Below, piece after piece: positions 47,764-61,536 of a stretch of DNA of 64,000 bases; positions within the stretch are counted from its first letter, which is position 1, and every line of letters begins with the position of its first letter. Position numbers and translations under genes: made by a program. This DNA is from Amoebidium appalachense (lineage: Eukaryota; Protista; Ichthyosporea): assembly GCA_963693365.1 (NCBI GenBank), contig CAVNZM010000007.1:558001-622000 (forward strand), in the 5' to 3' direction. The notes below the pieces were generated by a model, which searched no databases, had not been told where the DNA came from, and saw nothing but the letters and a program-made list of their open reading frames with translations.

Positions 47764-48279
47764 GGGGGGATGATGTGTGGTGCAAAATAAACAATGTGTG
47801 TGTGTGTGTGTGTAATTGTGTAATATATAAAGCAACAAAATAAAAGAAAGGAAATACAAAAAAAGAAAAGGGAAAAAGAAAGCAAAGAAAAGAGAGAGAG
47901 AGAGAAATGTTTATGTTCTTGTTGTAAAATGAAAACCGAAAAAAAGACCGACATACATGCGTGTTGTATAATACCAAGAGTAAAAAGGAATAAAAATGGA
48001 TATCTATATAGGTGATGTTTTATTATGGCGATAGGAGATATAAACGGTTTGTATTATAACGCCAACGAGAGAGATATACCGTAACGTGTTGTTTAATGCC
48101 ACTGATTTTATAATGCAGTGACTGTGTAATGCCATTTGTGTAGCACAAGTTGTATAATGCCTATGAGAGGTACTATAGATACATATTTACTGGTTGACTC
48201 CAGCGTAGGTCTCTAACGTAAAGCCATGTGATGTAATGTACCTTCTATCAGATCTTCCGAGCAAACCAATAAAACCGTG
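47525..48279 (-). repeat. Right arm of a ~750-bp diverged inverted repeat
   Basis: Reverse-complement homolog of 45411-46153. The outer end lies just before a poly-C tract. Confidence 0.85.
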
Positions 48280-48287
48280 CTATCTAT

Positions 48288-48322
<35 letters not shown>

Positions 48323-48707
48323 GGGCATCATTTCTGTCAAGCTCTATGGGGTGGCTACGCACGTATACGTATCCAACCCATAGCGTCCACAGCCGCAGTT
48401 CGAGTTTGAAAAAAAAAATGTGCCCTAGCTTATGATGTATGCCGTGGTCGCAAGCCATAACAGCCGTAAACTGGAGCTGCGAGTTTTGGGGAAATGCCAG
48501 TCAAACTTTGAGTTGTGCACATTCAGTGCCCCCGGCGCGGACCCCTCCTTCCCCGCCAAAAAAAAAAATGGCTATTCCTGCATGGTTTGTAGCTAGCTAA
48601 GCCCTCCTATATGCATGCACGCTTAACGTGTGTGCGGGTGTGTACACGTGTATGTGTGTGCGGCTGTGTGTATGGCTGTGTGTATGTGTGTGTGTATGTG
48701 TGTGTGT

Positions 48708-48762
<55 letters not shown>

Positions 48763-48849
48763 CAGTGTGTGTTTGTGTGTGTACATGTGATGTCACGGTC
48801 GGCGCCGAGCACGGCGCCGGTGGGGGCGGGGGGCGGGCGGGCGGGTGGG

Positions 48850-48914
<65 letters not shown>

Positions 48915-49386
48915 TTCGGATCCGCATGGATGTTGTGCCCTCAAACCCACCCACCAATCACGTCTCTGATTTAATATTATCGATGTGTACCACAGACAGG
49001 CAGATCTAGACGTGCACACACAATCATCTGATCATAGAGTCGATCACAGATCTACCAGACACTGTTAGAAATAGCTATGTAACTTCTGAGTTAGCTCTAA
49101 GGCCTACATTTTTTGAGAATGGCAGACGATTCGGAGAGCGGCTGATCACGTAACTCCCGAGCTCCCACCCTTGAAAAATAGCAAGGGTCGATTTATCGCA
49201 TGTAGGCTAGAGGGCACAGTCAGGAAGTGCCAGCTGGCCACACGCCACCTACTCCCACGCACGTGCACACATGTTATGCATGCAATTGCACAACTTCAAC
49301 GGGCCTGCAGAGGGTGTTGAATGTGGATGCACACACAATCAGCAGGCAACATACACACGCAGGCCTACACACACATGTGTACACGT

Positions 49387-49421
<35 letters not shown>

Positions 49422-50260
49422 GCACACACAAAAGATCTCTCTTAACCCCACACGGGGTCACTTCTTTTGCGCCTGTACTAAAGGCCACAGGGATACAACC
49501 ACGAGGAAATCCAGTCTCCCAGATTTATGTATGTACACCTACTACTCTACTTACTACATGGGTTGCCTAAAGCCATAATTTGCATCCCGAAATTTACAAC
49601 ACGTACTGCACATCCGTATAGTGATAATGATGGAAACATAACTAGCGACAAGCTTACCGTAGTAGAGTTTTTTACAACAGCGTATAATCATGTTGCCAAA
49701 TATGGTTGCTGCATTAGATATCACAAAAAAAACATCTCTTATGACTGATTTCCTTTTTGTTATGGCAAAAACAAAAATGCAGCGAACAATTTTAGAAATA
49801 TAGACAGGTGAGAAGGGAGAAAATGAAAAAGACAGAAAGAAAAGAAGAAAGAAATGAAGGAATAGAAAAGGAAAAGAAAAACGAAAAAAAAAAACACGCG
49901 TGATCCTGTGATGCTCATATATTTCCTCATAGACCCCATTACTCCCTGACTTGATCCGTTATACCCGTTTATTTTTACCGGAAACCCATATTTCCGTTAT
50001 CTAACCCTCTACCTTAGTGGGTGGAAGTACCGTTGGCCCCAAACTGGTGCCACTGGATAACACCCCATAAGTATATCTCGATTGACAAAAATTGTCAATA
50101 AAATTGAGTTCGGTGCAAAGCTATCTTAATAATGATCCACCATAACTAAAATACACACACCCCTCTCAAATATCTTCCCACACCCAACTCTCTCCCCCCT
50201 ACGCCATCTCCAGTTCACACCTAAATAACTAAAACATCGGTCAACACCTTCCCCCAATTT

Positions 50261-50664
50261 TCAAGCGGGGGGTTTAAACATCACGTATCCATTCATGTCC
50301 GAATTGTCGGGGCCCACGACGGGGTCCGAGAGCGAAATTGCAACCTGGTCGGAAATATGGTGGCGTGCATAGTAGTTGAGTAGGTCGATCAGGCTGGCAA
50401 AGCGCACCTGGTTGAGGCTGAACATGCCGGACTCATCTTGGAACACGGGCATGTGCAGCAGGCGGTTCATGTACCTGTGATTACGGCAACCGTGTTAGTG
50501 ACCGAGAAAATTATGGAATTTTGAGGGGGTTCAAGGTGATTCAATAACACAGGGTTCTAACTTTTTTTTTTTTAGGTGTCCTTTTCCAGGGTAGGTGAGG
50601 GTGTCCGGATGTCTGGTTCTGCTGTTTTGCATGTGTGAGTGTGTGTGCGCGCACACGAGAGAGA

Positions 50665-50698
<34 letters not shown>

Positions 50699-52900
50699 GA
50701 AGCACGCGGGGGCTTTATCACATACATACACACACATCACACCGTGCATATCCCCCCCCCCCCCCCCCCCCCCCCCCCCACCACCACCACCACCCCCAAA
50801 AAAAAAAAAAAAGTAAAATAATAAATAAATAATAAATAATAAAACGAATAAATAAAGCAAAACACTCACTTGAGGGTGATGATATACAGCCCCTTCTCTT
50901 CGTTGTACCGCAACAGCCACTGCCCGTTCCTGTGCGAGTCAAACACAAACTCCAGCAGCTGTCGCCTCTGCTGTCTGTGCTGCGCGGGCACATCGTGGAA
51001 AAACGAACAAGTCTCGATCGTTGCACCGTCCATTCTGAACCGTGGGGCCACCAAGCCCTCCAGCTGGCCGATAATACCATAGCCACTGTCGGTCTCGATG
51101 GAGCTGCCATGGTCCTGTTATAAAAAAGGAGGAAGATGAGTGTGAGTGGGTCGCATGCGTTGGAAATTACATGGACTGCAGAGGGTGTGCTATCTAATGC
51201 ATGTGCTATCAAAAAAAGAAAAGAAAGAAAAACATGTGCTTGTTTCATAACTATTTCCTCCCCTTTTCCATCCTCTCTCGAATTCAGATGGTCAAATCGT
51301 TCCTTTCTTCACGCTCACGTCTTGAGGTAGCTTTCTTTACATTCGATGTTTCAATTGTTTCCCTCTTCCCTTTCCTTCTTCCCACATCCCATTTCGTTCG
51401 TTTTAACCTTTTCTTCTTTTTGTGCGAATAATACTGGTTTGGTTTCGAAGCATGGTGGGGGCATATTACCTCGCTCTCATCACTAGCCAAGCTCTGAAAC
51501 CGCGCAATACGTCCAGCCTGGCCCATAGTGTTATCCTGCGACATACTCCGCACCCTTTGCTGCATTGGGCGCATGGTCGGAATGGCGGGCAGTGAATGGC
51601 TCTGTTGGACCTGCATCACCCAATTGTGGTTGTGGTTAACGTGCAGCGCTTCCCCATCCTCACACACGGGTTCGGGGGCTTGTGGTGGCGGCGGTGGTGG
51701 TGTGCGTGCTGGTGGTTGTGATTGTGTGCGTGCGGCATTGTCCTTCGTTTGTTGTAGATCGTTGTAGCTTGGGGGTGGAGGAGAATGCTTGGGATAGGCG
51801 GAGGTGACCGGGGTAGTGGAAAGAGGGCGGGCGGCTGGTTTGGTGGTGGTGCTGTTTGTCGTTGGCTTCTCCTTTTCGGATCGTTTACCATTGACCAGGT
51901 CAGTGATGTCTGACTGCTCGGCAAAGCACATGCTCACCGGCCCAACGTGAACTCGCAGTTTCGCCATATCTCGTGACGGAAACAACGTCTTTTTCCGTTT
52001 CACCTCAAACAATATTCTCTCGGCCGCCGGCTGTGCGTTCAACTCCTTAGCCAACCCATCTAGTGCCGCCAGAAGTGTGTCCCTCGGCAGTTTGTACTGT
52101 AGGACGGCGTTTATTCTCTCCGTTGCCCTTTTCACGTGCATGCACTCATCTACACTCAATTGCTCAGAAACAAGCGTCGACTTGTACACATCTACCACCC
52201 GCCCGTGTGGCTCACTCTTAGCCAAATCGAACGAGAGAAGTTTGTGGGTTGTCGTTTGCTCCTCCGAAAATTCTTTCCCCAAACGCTCCGCTCCACCTGT
52301 CATCGTTCCTTTCCGCCCGATTTTTTTCGGCCACGAGCTGTTTTTGTTGTTGGGTAATGGTACTGAGCTGTGATGTGCAACTCTGCGAGCAGTGGGATTT
52401 GCTGTCGCTGGCACCGATGTGTCTTCACCAACAGGAGTGGAGCCCTTTGGAGAAAGTGCCCTATCTGCCTGATTGTGTCTGTGCGTGTTGTTTACGGGCT
52501 GTACTTGCTTCTGTGGTGGCGGTGTGCTTGTGTCTGGGGTGTCCACATTCACATACAAGGTATGGGGTCCGTTTGTGTCTTCAGGAATCTGGGGCCGCAT
52601 GACGTGTGGTTCGGTACTATCAAGCTCCGGTCGCACGGCACAAACGTTTTGTACCCATCTGTCTGTATACGCCTGACGTGCCCACTCGTTTTGTTCGTGC
52701 ATCCTCTCCCTGTACTCACTACCATTACTTGGTCTGCGGTTACGCAAAGCACTTCTCCATTGCTCTACGTTTAGCTCTAGGGGCCGTGTGGAATCGAGGT
52801 CACCTAGGCCACTCAGTGTGTTCGCTAGAGCTGGTTTGGGGAGCCCCATGACGGTATTGGGTGGCATGGTTAGTACTGCGGTTTGCTCTCTATAATACAT
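50261..52900 (-). CDS. SH2-domain adaptor protein (~629 aa): long disordered/Pro-rich N-terminus, C-terminal SH2
   Basis: Exons 52900-51470, 51114-50870 and 50474-50261 (1890 nt, phases 0/2). SH2 motifs FFHDV..RQLLE..NGQWLLRY..GLYIITLKY..LLHMPV..FSLNQVRFASLIDLLNYY..LSDPV, with the betaB Arg retained. In-frame stop upstream of the ATG at 52900. Confidence 0.85.
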
Positions 52901-54419
52901 GCTGTGCTTCGTTCACCAACTGCGAAAAAAAAGTCACAAGAAAACATAACGTTTGTGTGCCGAACGTTCAACAAAGTAAAACTGTTTTCGCTCTCGGCCG
53001 GAGAAGTAGATATAGACGGAGAAGTATTGTCTGTGTATAGCTGTATGACTATTGAATGGCGTCATTTGCGGATAGGGCGGACATTCACTATGTGTCACAT
53101 TCCTTGGAATTGAATACGATTGGCTAAAAATTACCTCTACATTCCTCAGATCGATATATCCGCGAAGCCTCACTCACTGGCAGTGAATCATGATTATGGA
53201 ATGAGTGAATAACACGGGACCTTCCATTTCGACTCCAATATGATGGGTAAAACACTAGAAACTAATGAAAAGAACTCATCACAAGCATTTTTTACATTTG
53301 AAACCGTTGGTATATTACAGGAAACAAGAAGTTCTTAGGCAAGCTTATCCAGTGCTTTTGTGGCAATAGAGCCTGTAAGACTCAGTGTGAGTATTGCTTT
53401 TTATTGGTTAAAAGTCACCTTTTTTCTTTGGGCAAGAGGCTTTATTGGTCAAATGAATGAAGCCATCTGGATTCCTAGTTTTATCGCAAATTCCATTTGC
53501 CTCACAAAAAGGAAGCTCAAAATGTTCCTGTAATCATAATAAGCTTCTCCTTGACATTATTTTAATAATGTCTTTCACATATGTAAATGCACCTTTGCTT
53601 TTATGACCTCCATGATCTATTTCTCAATCTTTGTCAACACCCACATGCAGTGAGTGGAATCAGGCTGCCACTTGTCGATTGGCCGGGGGGATAAATCTGG
53701 GTTTTATTCGGATTGCCAGAGCCGAAACAGGAATTTCCAATTCGGTACAGGGTGTGATATTCATGCTCAGGTCCGGACTCCAGATGACTGCCCAGCCTCG
53801 TGATCAGGGCCGGTTTCTGATTGATATAAATGTTGTCTCCAGCCTTCGTCAAAATAATTGGCCACGAACCTCTTCAGTTATTAGTTTTATCTTTAAAGTC
53901 GTAATTTCAGCTTCCTGTTTACTATATATATACTTCTTATCCAAACTCTCATTTGCTTCATCGGAATGTTTTCGCACCGACCACATGCACTCGGCATGGC
54001 CAGGAATTTATAACCCTAACGGGCTGCAGTCACTGCTGCTCTCACTGCGGCCTCTTTGTTTAAAGGTTTTTTTTTCTTTGGGTAAAAAAAAGGAAGAAAG
54101 GAAGGAAGAGAAGAAAATAAGAAGAAGAGGAGGAAGAAGAAAAAACCTTGCGGGGGCATTATTGCGGCTCCAACATGATAATTTGAACTGCTGGTTCGCA
54201 ATTGCAAGTTCACGTACACGTCGTCACCATGATCACGGTGTGGAGGTCGCTGGTCTTTACATGCATCATACGGTACTTGTATCATCATCATGGCATGACA
54301 TGCATGCTGTCGTGTTTTGTTGCGCATCTGCAGGAAGCAAGTCACGGACATGCACATGTCCTAGTAATATATTGGCCCGGTGAATACTAGTACGATGGGG
54401 AGAACACAAGAATAATAAA

Positions 54420-54433
54420 TCTCCCTCCCTCCC

Positions 54434-54514
<81 letters not shown>

Positions 54515-54523
54515 GATAGTAGA

Positions 54524-54561
<38 letters not shown>

Positions 54562-54700
54562 CCCCTCTCCCCCTCCCCCCCCCCCCTCTCTCTCTCTCCC
54601 CCTCCCCCCCCCCCTCTCTCTCTGAGACACACACACTCTCTCTCAGAGAGAGACTCAGAGACTGTCTCTCTCTCTCTCTATCTCTCTCTCATCTCTCTCT

Positions 54701-54739
<39 letters not shown>

Positions 54740-54742
54740 TCC

Positions 54743-54784
<42 letters not shown>

Positions 54785-54950
54785 ACTCTATCTCTCTCGA
54801 CTCTATCTCTGAGTCTCTCTCTCTCTCTCTCTCTTCCTCTCTCTCTCTCTCCCCCTTCTCGCTCCCTCTCCCTCTCCCCCCCCCCCCCTCTCTCTCCCCC
54901 CCTCCCCCCCCGGGTCTCTCTCTTTCTCTCTTCGCCGTCTCTCTCTCTCT
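54420..54950. repeat. (CT)n / C-rich microsatellite
   Basis: Seen directly in the sequence. Confidence 0.9.
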
Positions 54951-55382
54951 TTCTTTGTGTGCGTGCATGTCACAGTGAGTGTGTGTGTCTGTATCCCTCT
55001 CTCCCTCTCTATCACTCGCTCCGAGTTCCCCCTCCCCCCGCTCCCCCCCCCCTTCCCCCCCCCCCCCCCCCCCCCCCTCCCTCCCTTCCCCGTTATTCTC
55101 TCTGACTGAACAATTCCATTTCCTCGCTCTTAATGCCCCCCCCTCCCCCCTCCCCCCCCCCCCCCCCATGTCACACTCCCCCTCTCTAGCTTCTCGTAGG
55201 CCCCTCTAGCTTCTCGTAACCGATCCTCAGCTTCTTCTGAAGGTAGATGTATATTCAATGGAATTTACTGGCAGCTATTTGCAGCCCGACACCAACAAAA
55301 TCCTTCATGTGTCATCCTTCAGTAATGCATGGCCATTGGCTTTTTGGGTTGATAGGGCCCGGGTGTTGAAGCTACTTTGTAC

Positions 55383-55414
<32 letters not shown>

Positions 55415-55746
55415 AAAAGAAAAGAAAAGAAAAAGAAAAAAAAGACACCCACCCACCCACCCTTGTCAATCTTCAAGATTGGCAGCCAGTCCCCCCCACC
55501 CACCCATCCACCCACCCACCCACACACACACCCAAAAAAAAAAAACAGTGCCTCCGGATTTCCCCTCATGGCAACGCGCAAACTAAACATGTTCCGAACT
55601 TGGAAAACGCTCGATTGTTTTGCACGTGCCTGTGCATGGTGTGTGTGTGCATGTGTACACATGTGATGATGTGCGTCACTAACTCGTGGTGTGGCTTCTA
55701 GCATGTGAAGCCGCAGTCTGAGATCCGTAGGTTTTGCGCCGTTTGT

Positions 55747-55786
<40 letters not shown>

Positions 55787-56460
55787 CGCGCGTGCGCGTG
55801 TGCGTGCGTGCGTATGTGTGTGTGTGTGCGTGCGCGCGCGAACGCGCATTTTAACCGCCTTCCCCCCCCCCCCCCACCCCCCACCCCCCTTCCCGCTCCC
55901 CCCCCCCCCCCCCCCCCCTCGGCCTCCCCCGAGGTCTTGAGCTTGACCGAGTGTGTTTAGTGTGCTTCTGGTACATCCATATGCTGAGCCTAATAAAGTA
56001 TGTACATGTACGTGTGTATTTGTATGTGCGGATGTGTTTGCAGTGCGTGTGCGCATACGCTTGCATGTCACAGTGTGTTGCTGAGAACAGGCCGGTGCAT
56101 GCAGGCATAGGCTCCAGTGTCCGTTAGAAGAGTTCGTTGGGGAAATACGGGAAGGAAGACTTTCACTAAAGCCTGGAGCAGAGGTGTGTATACTGGCAGG
56201 TGTGTTTGCAGTGCTCGCCTTGTGCCTTCAGATGAATGTTGGCTCAGAAGGCCTGCATGCGACTCGTAGTGCAGCAAGAAAGGGCCACTAGATCTCTTGT
56301 GTATGCCCACCATGTGTGTATGTGTGGTGTGGGTGCCGGAAATCGCATCCACATACAGTACATGCATGTGTTCCTGTGGTGTGTGCACGCTTCATGCAAC
56401 GCTGTCTGATAGTGTAGATGTTGTGTATTTGTGAGCATGCACTGCACACCATTTGTGAGT

Positions 56461-56811
56461 GGTGTTGCCGATATGCCATGCTAACATGGCCAATCACATC
56501 GGTGGAGTCAACTTCGGCGGAGCAGAATGGTTCTGCAAAATGCAGGATTATTCTGCAAAAGCCGGAGTATTCTGCTATAAGAAGAATTATTCTGCTACAA
56601 GCAGGGTTATTCTGCTTAAAGCAGTACTCTGCTAAACGCAGGATTATTCTGCTCAAAACAGGATTAGGAATTATCCTGCAAAAACTAGAAATATTCTGCT
56701 GAAGCAGAATTAATTCTCTAAGCCTATTATTATTCTGATTTCAGAGAATCATGTGCTCGTGCAGAATTATTCCGCAAAAAGCAGATTAATATTTTCTGCT
56801 CACGGCAACCC
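56461..56811. repeat. Array of ~19-20-bp degenerate palindromes (GCAGAATTATTCTGC), probably a transposon subterminal repeat region
   Basis: About a dozen tandem variants of GCAG(A/G)ATTATTCTGC in 56521-56800. Weak terminal inverted match GGTGTTGCCG / CGGCAACCC. No target duplication seen. Confidence 0.7.
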
Positions 56812-56920
56812 AATGAACTTCCTCCAAGAAGATTAAAAGTTTATACTTCTGCTTCGTGCAGAACAATACTACAAGTTGAAGAATAATCTTTTTTTAGCAG
56901 AACAAATCTGCTATTAAGGG

Positions 56921-57009
<89 letters not shown>

Positions 57010-58218
57010 TCAGTGATGCCTATATATGTGCACGGTGGCCCCCCATATGCATGATTGTACATGTGTGTTTGTGTCTGTGCATCAAAAACGGAAGGAGCTT
57101 GGTTGCCACATGTGTGCGAGTAAGTGTGTGTGCACATTAGTGTGTCTGTGTGCACATGCATGTAAATGTGTATGCGCGTGCATAGCCACTCACTGATTGG
57201 CTATCCTTGTCTTCCCTATCCATTGCCTGTGCACATGTACAACATTTTGAGATCGATATCTAAACATAACAACCATAGATGTATTTTGTATCTGTGCACA
57301 CAGTGCCGCAATGTTGCAACAATGTCTACTATGAGTTCTGCAATCACATGTCCCTCCCTTCAAATTCGAATGCCAGATTACTTGCATCCACTTCATGTGT
57401 TTTCGTGTGTGTACGTATAATACTGCTCATCTTCAATTGGATGGTTTCAAAATTGAAAAACCTTTGGTAAGATGATGAGACGAACGTTTTAAGTCTGTAA
57501 AACGATCACCCTTATGACAGCTCAACCATACAACTTTACACATCTTCTCAAAACATTTTTGCTGGCAATAACGGTCCAGAAATCTTGGTTATATACTACC
57601 ACATAAAAAAAAGGTTCACAACACCCACTAAAAGGTCAATAATCCTCTTTTTCTAACAGAGTTTGACAATAAACACTTTCAAAGAGCCCTGGTCTATGTG
57701 CACATCTTCGAGAAACACCAAATCTTAGTACCGAATTTTGTAAACTATCACCACGAGTTGGAAAAACCCTTGACTTAGCGACTAAGTCGACATTTCTTTA
57801 AAGCGCTTTAAGGGCATACACGCCCAAAAAAGGATATCACCATAAATGGGCAAAACCAATCCTTGCACTTGTGGGCACATGTGATTGCTGGAATTGGAAT
57901 TAATCACATTCATGTCAACATAAGGTTTGATAATCATCACGCTTGAGTCACGCATAGAAAAGAGGCCGACATATGTCTTCCACCAGAATACACAAATCAA
58001 GATTTTGCCTGTGGAACCCCCACCCCAATTCATCTGTGAATGCAAATTGAATTTCACCTGAATCACAACACAAGCTGTTCCATTTATCTTCAAAGCCAAT
58101 CATCCGAATTTCAAAACACAAAGCTTGCTTACCCACACCACCCATTTATCTGTGTGATTGCACAATAATTCCATCTAAACTACAACACACTCCACCCATT
58201 TATCACCTCTACACTCTT

Positions 58219-59538
58219 CTACCACGAACTCTGCCTTCTACCCCCCAACCGTGCCCTCAAATCATTCGCCGGCAAGTCCCTTTCACCAGGTGGGGCCAAC
58301 GAATCCATCGACCTGCCCCCATCCCAACCCGGACCCGGCCCGAATCTCTCCGACCCGTCATCGTAAAAACCCGACCCATGAGGTGGTGGTGCGCCGTGAT
58401 GGAAAAAGTCATCAGGGTGACCCCTTGGCCCACGGCTGGGCCCGAAATACGAGTCTGAGCCCCCCCTATCATCCCAAAATGGCGGGTGGTCCGGTTCACG
58501 TGGTGAGCCGCGTGGTGAACAGGCCGGTACGGGCCGGTGGTGGTGACCCGACCCGTTTGGATTGTAATCGACATCATCACTGTCTATGCCTATGGGCCGG
58601 AACACAACACGGGCGCCCTCCCCCTCCTCCCTCTCGTGCCGGTCTATGTGTCTGTGTCTGTCTCCCTCCCTCGTGACTCTTCTTTCGTCATCTCTCCCCA
58701 TCTGCCTGTCCGAATGGTATCGCTCCTTGGATAGATCGCGTGTTCTATGATCCGTTGATACTATCTCCCTTGTTCGCCCATCCACATCTTCTCTCTCCCT
58801 CCATGTGTCTTTTTCTCTATGCAATATGTCTCTTTCACTGCTACCACCCTTCTCCCGCCTACCCCATTCGTCTTTATCTCTACGATCACGCTCTGTTCTA
58901 TCACTACGCCCCCTATCATCCCTATCTTTCACATCTCTCTCCCTCTCCCTCCTGTTTCTCTCCGTTTTTTCTCTTCTTGCATGCTCATCTCTCTCTCTCT
59001 CCCCGTGCCTGTGCCCATCCCTATCTCTCTCCCTCTCCTCTCTACCATCCCTCACCCTCCCCTCCTCCCTTTCTACAACCACACTCTCTCTTCTGTGTGT
59101 ATCCTCTCTCACCCCACCGCTATCTGTTCGCTTTACCCCTTGCCCTCTATCACCCGAACTCCCCCTATCCCCCTCTTTCTCTCTTCTCTCACCACCACCC
59201 ACGGGTGTTCTTGGTCTTGGATCCCCCCCATCCTTTTCCGTCCTCACATCCTCAATTTTCAACCTCTTTTCCCCCTCCTTTCCCTCTCCCGTGCTTTCAT
59301 TAGACCCTCCCAAAGCCCTCTTTTCCCCCCCTACCACTCTACCCGTATTCCCACTTGGTGTGGACGGTTTCCTTCTAGTCGTTTCTATTCTTCGTTTCAT
59401 CTCAGCCAATGTCTGGGCCGTAGTATCACGTGATTTGCCTGCACGTGCAAACCGTGCCTGCATGCCCTCTGCCTGCAGTTGCATGCGCTCGAGTTCTTTG
59501 TCTTGCTGCCCTAGGTGCTCTTGTAGCTCTGTGCATGT

Positions 59539-59608
<70 letters not shown>

Positions 59609-59648
59609 ACGTGTGTACGTGTGTGAGAGAACGTGTGTGCACGTGTGT

Positions 59649-59747
<99 letters not shown>

Positions 59748-60612
59748 GGGGGGTAAGGGGTGTTGTTGTGGAGATTGGGAGGCAGCCCGGGGGGAGAGGG
59801 GGAGGGGGGGAGGGGGGGGGTGTCTGTGTGTGTGCGGGCGCACATGTGTGTGCGCGCGCACATGTGTGTAGGTATGTGTGTGTGCGTGTATGAGTGGGTA
59901 TGTGGGTATGGGTGGGTTGGTGAGTGTGTATGTGTGTGAGAGTGTGAGTCTGTGTGTGTGTGTCTGTGTGCGCGCGTGTGGTGCTTGGGTGGGTGAGTGT
60001 GGTGAGTGTGTGTGTATGTGTGTGTGTGTGTGCGCGCGCGTGTGCTAGGGTGTAATGGGATCCCGCGGGGGGGGGGGGGGGGGGGGGGGAGGGGGGGGGG
60101 GGGGAGGGGGATAAATGCAGTTAATGTTAAGAAAGCTAGTACGAAAGCCATGCAAATACCATCACAAACAGCAATAAAACACAACAAGTGTGCGAAAGAA
60201 AATCTCCAGGGCATTCGAGGAGGGAGGGCTCGGGGAGGGGGGGGGGAGGGGGGGGGGGGGGGGGGGGGGGGGGGCAAACCTTGATTTGAGGCTCTTAGGG
60301 CTGTGATGTAACGTCCTTGTAGATGGATCGAGGCCTCAAGATCCGCAACACGGCCTAAAGGGGTCGGGTCAGCATAAAAACATAAAAGATAGTGAAGATA
60401 TATCGTTTAAGAACAAAAACCCCCATGACTACATGAAATGAGGTTATGTATACTATGATGACACGTGCTTTGAATTTGTTCGTGTTCGAAATGAGGTTGA
60501 ATAGACGGGTGAAGCTGCGTGTGTGTGTTCGACTGTAATCATTAACACGTGTGTGTGTGCGTGCGTGTGTGTGTGTGTTTGTGTGTGTGCGTGTATGTGT
60601 GCGCGCGCCCAT

Positions 60613-60681
<69 letters not shown>

Positions 60682-60881
60682 TGTGCGTGCGTGCTTGCGC
60701 GCGCGCGTGTGTGTGTGTGTGTGTGTGTGTGCGTGCGTGCGTGTGTGTGTGTGTCTCTGTGCGGGCGGGCCTGCATGCGTGCGTGTGTGCATGTGTGTGC
60801 CCGTGAAGTGTGCGGCTGTACGTCTGTGTGCGTCTGTGTGCATGTATGCAAGTGAGGATGAATGTATGTGCATGTGTGTGC

Positions 60882-60955
<74 letters not shown>

Positions 60956-61505
60956 ACGTATGCCTGTGTGTATGTGTGAACACATCTGTATTTGTGTGTG
61001 TGCACACGTATGCCTGTGTGTATGTGTGAACACATCTGTATTTGTGTGTGTGCACACGTATGCCTGTGTGTATGTGTGAACACATCTGTATTTGTGTGTG
61101 TGCACACGTATGCCTGTGTGTATGTGTGAACACATCTGTATTTGTGTGTGTGCACACGTATGCCTGTGTGTATGTGTGAACACATCTGTATTTGTGTGTG
61201 TGCACACGTATGCCTGTGTGTATGTGTGAACACATCTGTATGTGTGTGTGTGCACATGTGCCTGTGCAGACACACCCACCCACCCTCGTTCAAGTGCAGC
61301 CCATACTCCCTGTTTTCCTCCATTAGCTGTGCACACTTTGCCCTCAGCCGCAGACCCACAGCACTGCAAAATAAAACTTTCAGTTATGAACAAAACAAGA
61401 CAAACCAATAGAGCCCCTCTTCTTCCCCCCCCCCCCCCCCCCCTTGCTCCACCTTCCGAAATGCAACCATAAAGCCTCCGGTTTACCTTTTTAACTCACT
61501 GAATA

Positions 61506-61536
<31 letters not shown>

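Noticed and set aside
51284-51469. C-terminal part of the 538-aa ORF (VICPHH..NDLTI)
   Set aside because: A phase-0 GTAATA donor at 51469 joins the SH2 exons in frame, so this segment is best read as intron.
53631-54383. 250-aa ORF on the plus strand
   Set aside because: Non-ATG start, no recognisable motif, runs through low-complexity sequence, no supporting splice structure.
56068-56300. Protein-like reading frame (..HLPVYTPLLQALVKVFLPVF..)
   Set aside because: No recognisable family and no linked exons. It may be a decayed element but cannot be supported.
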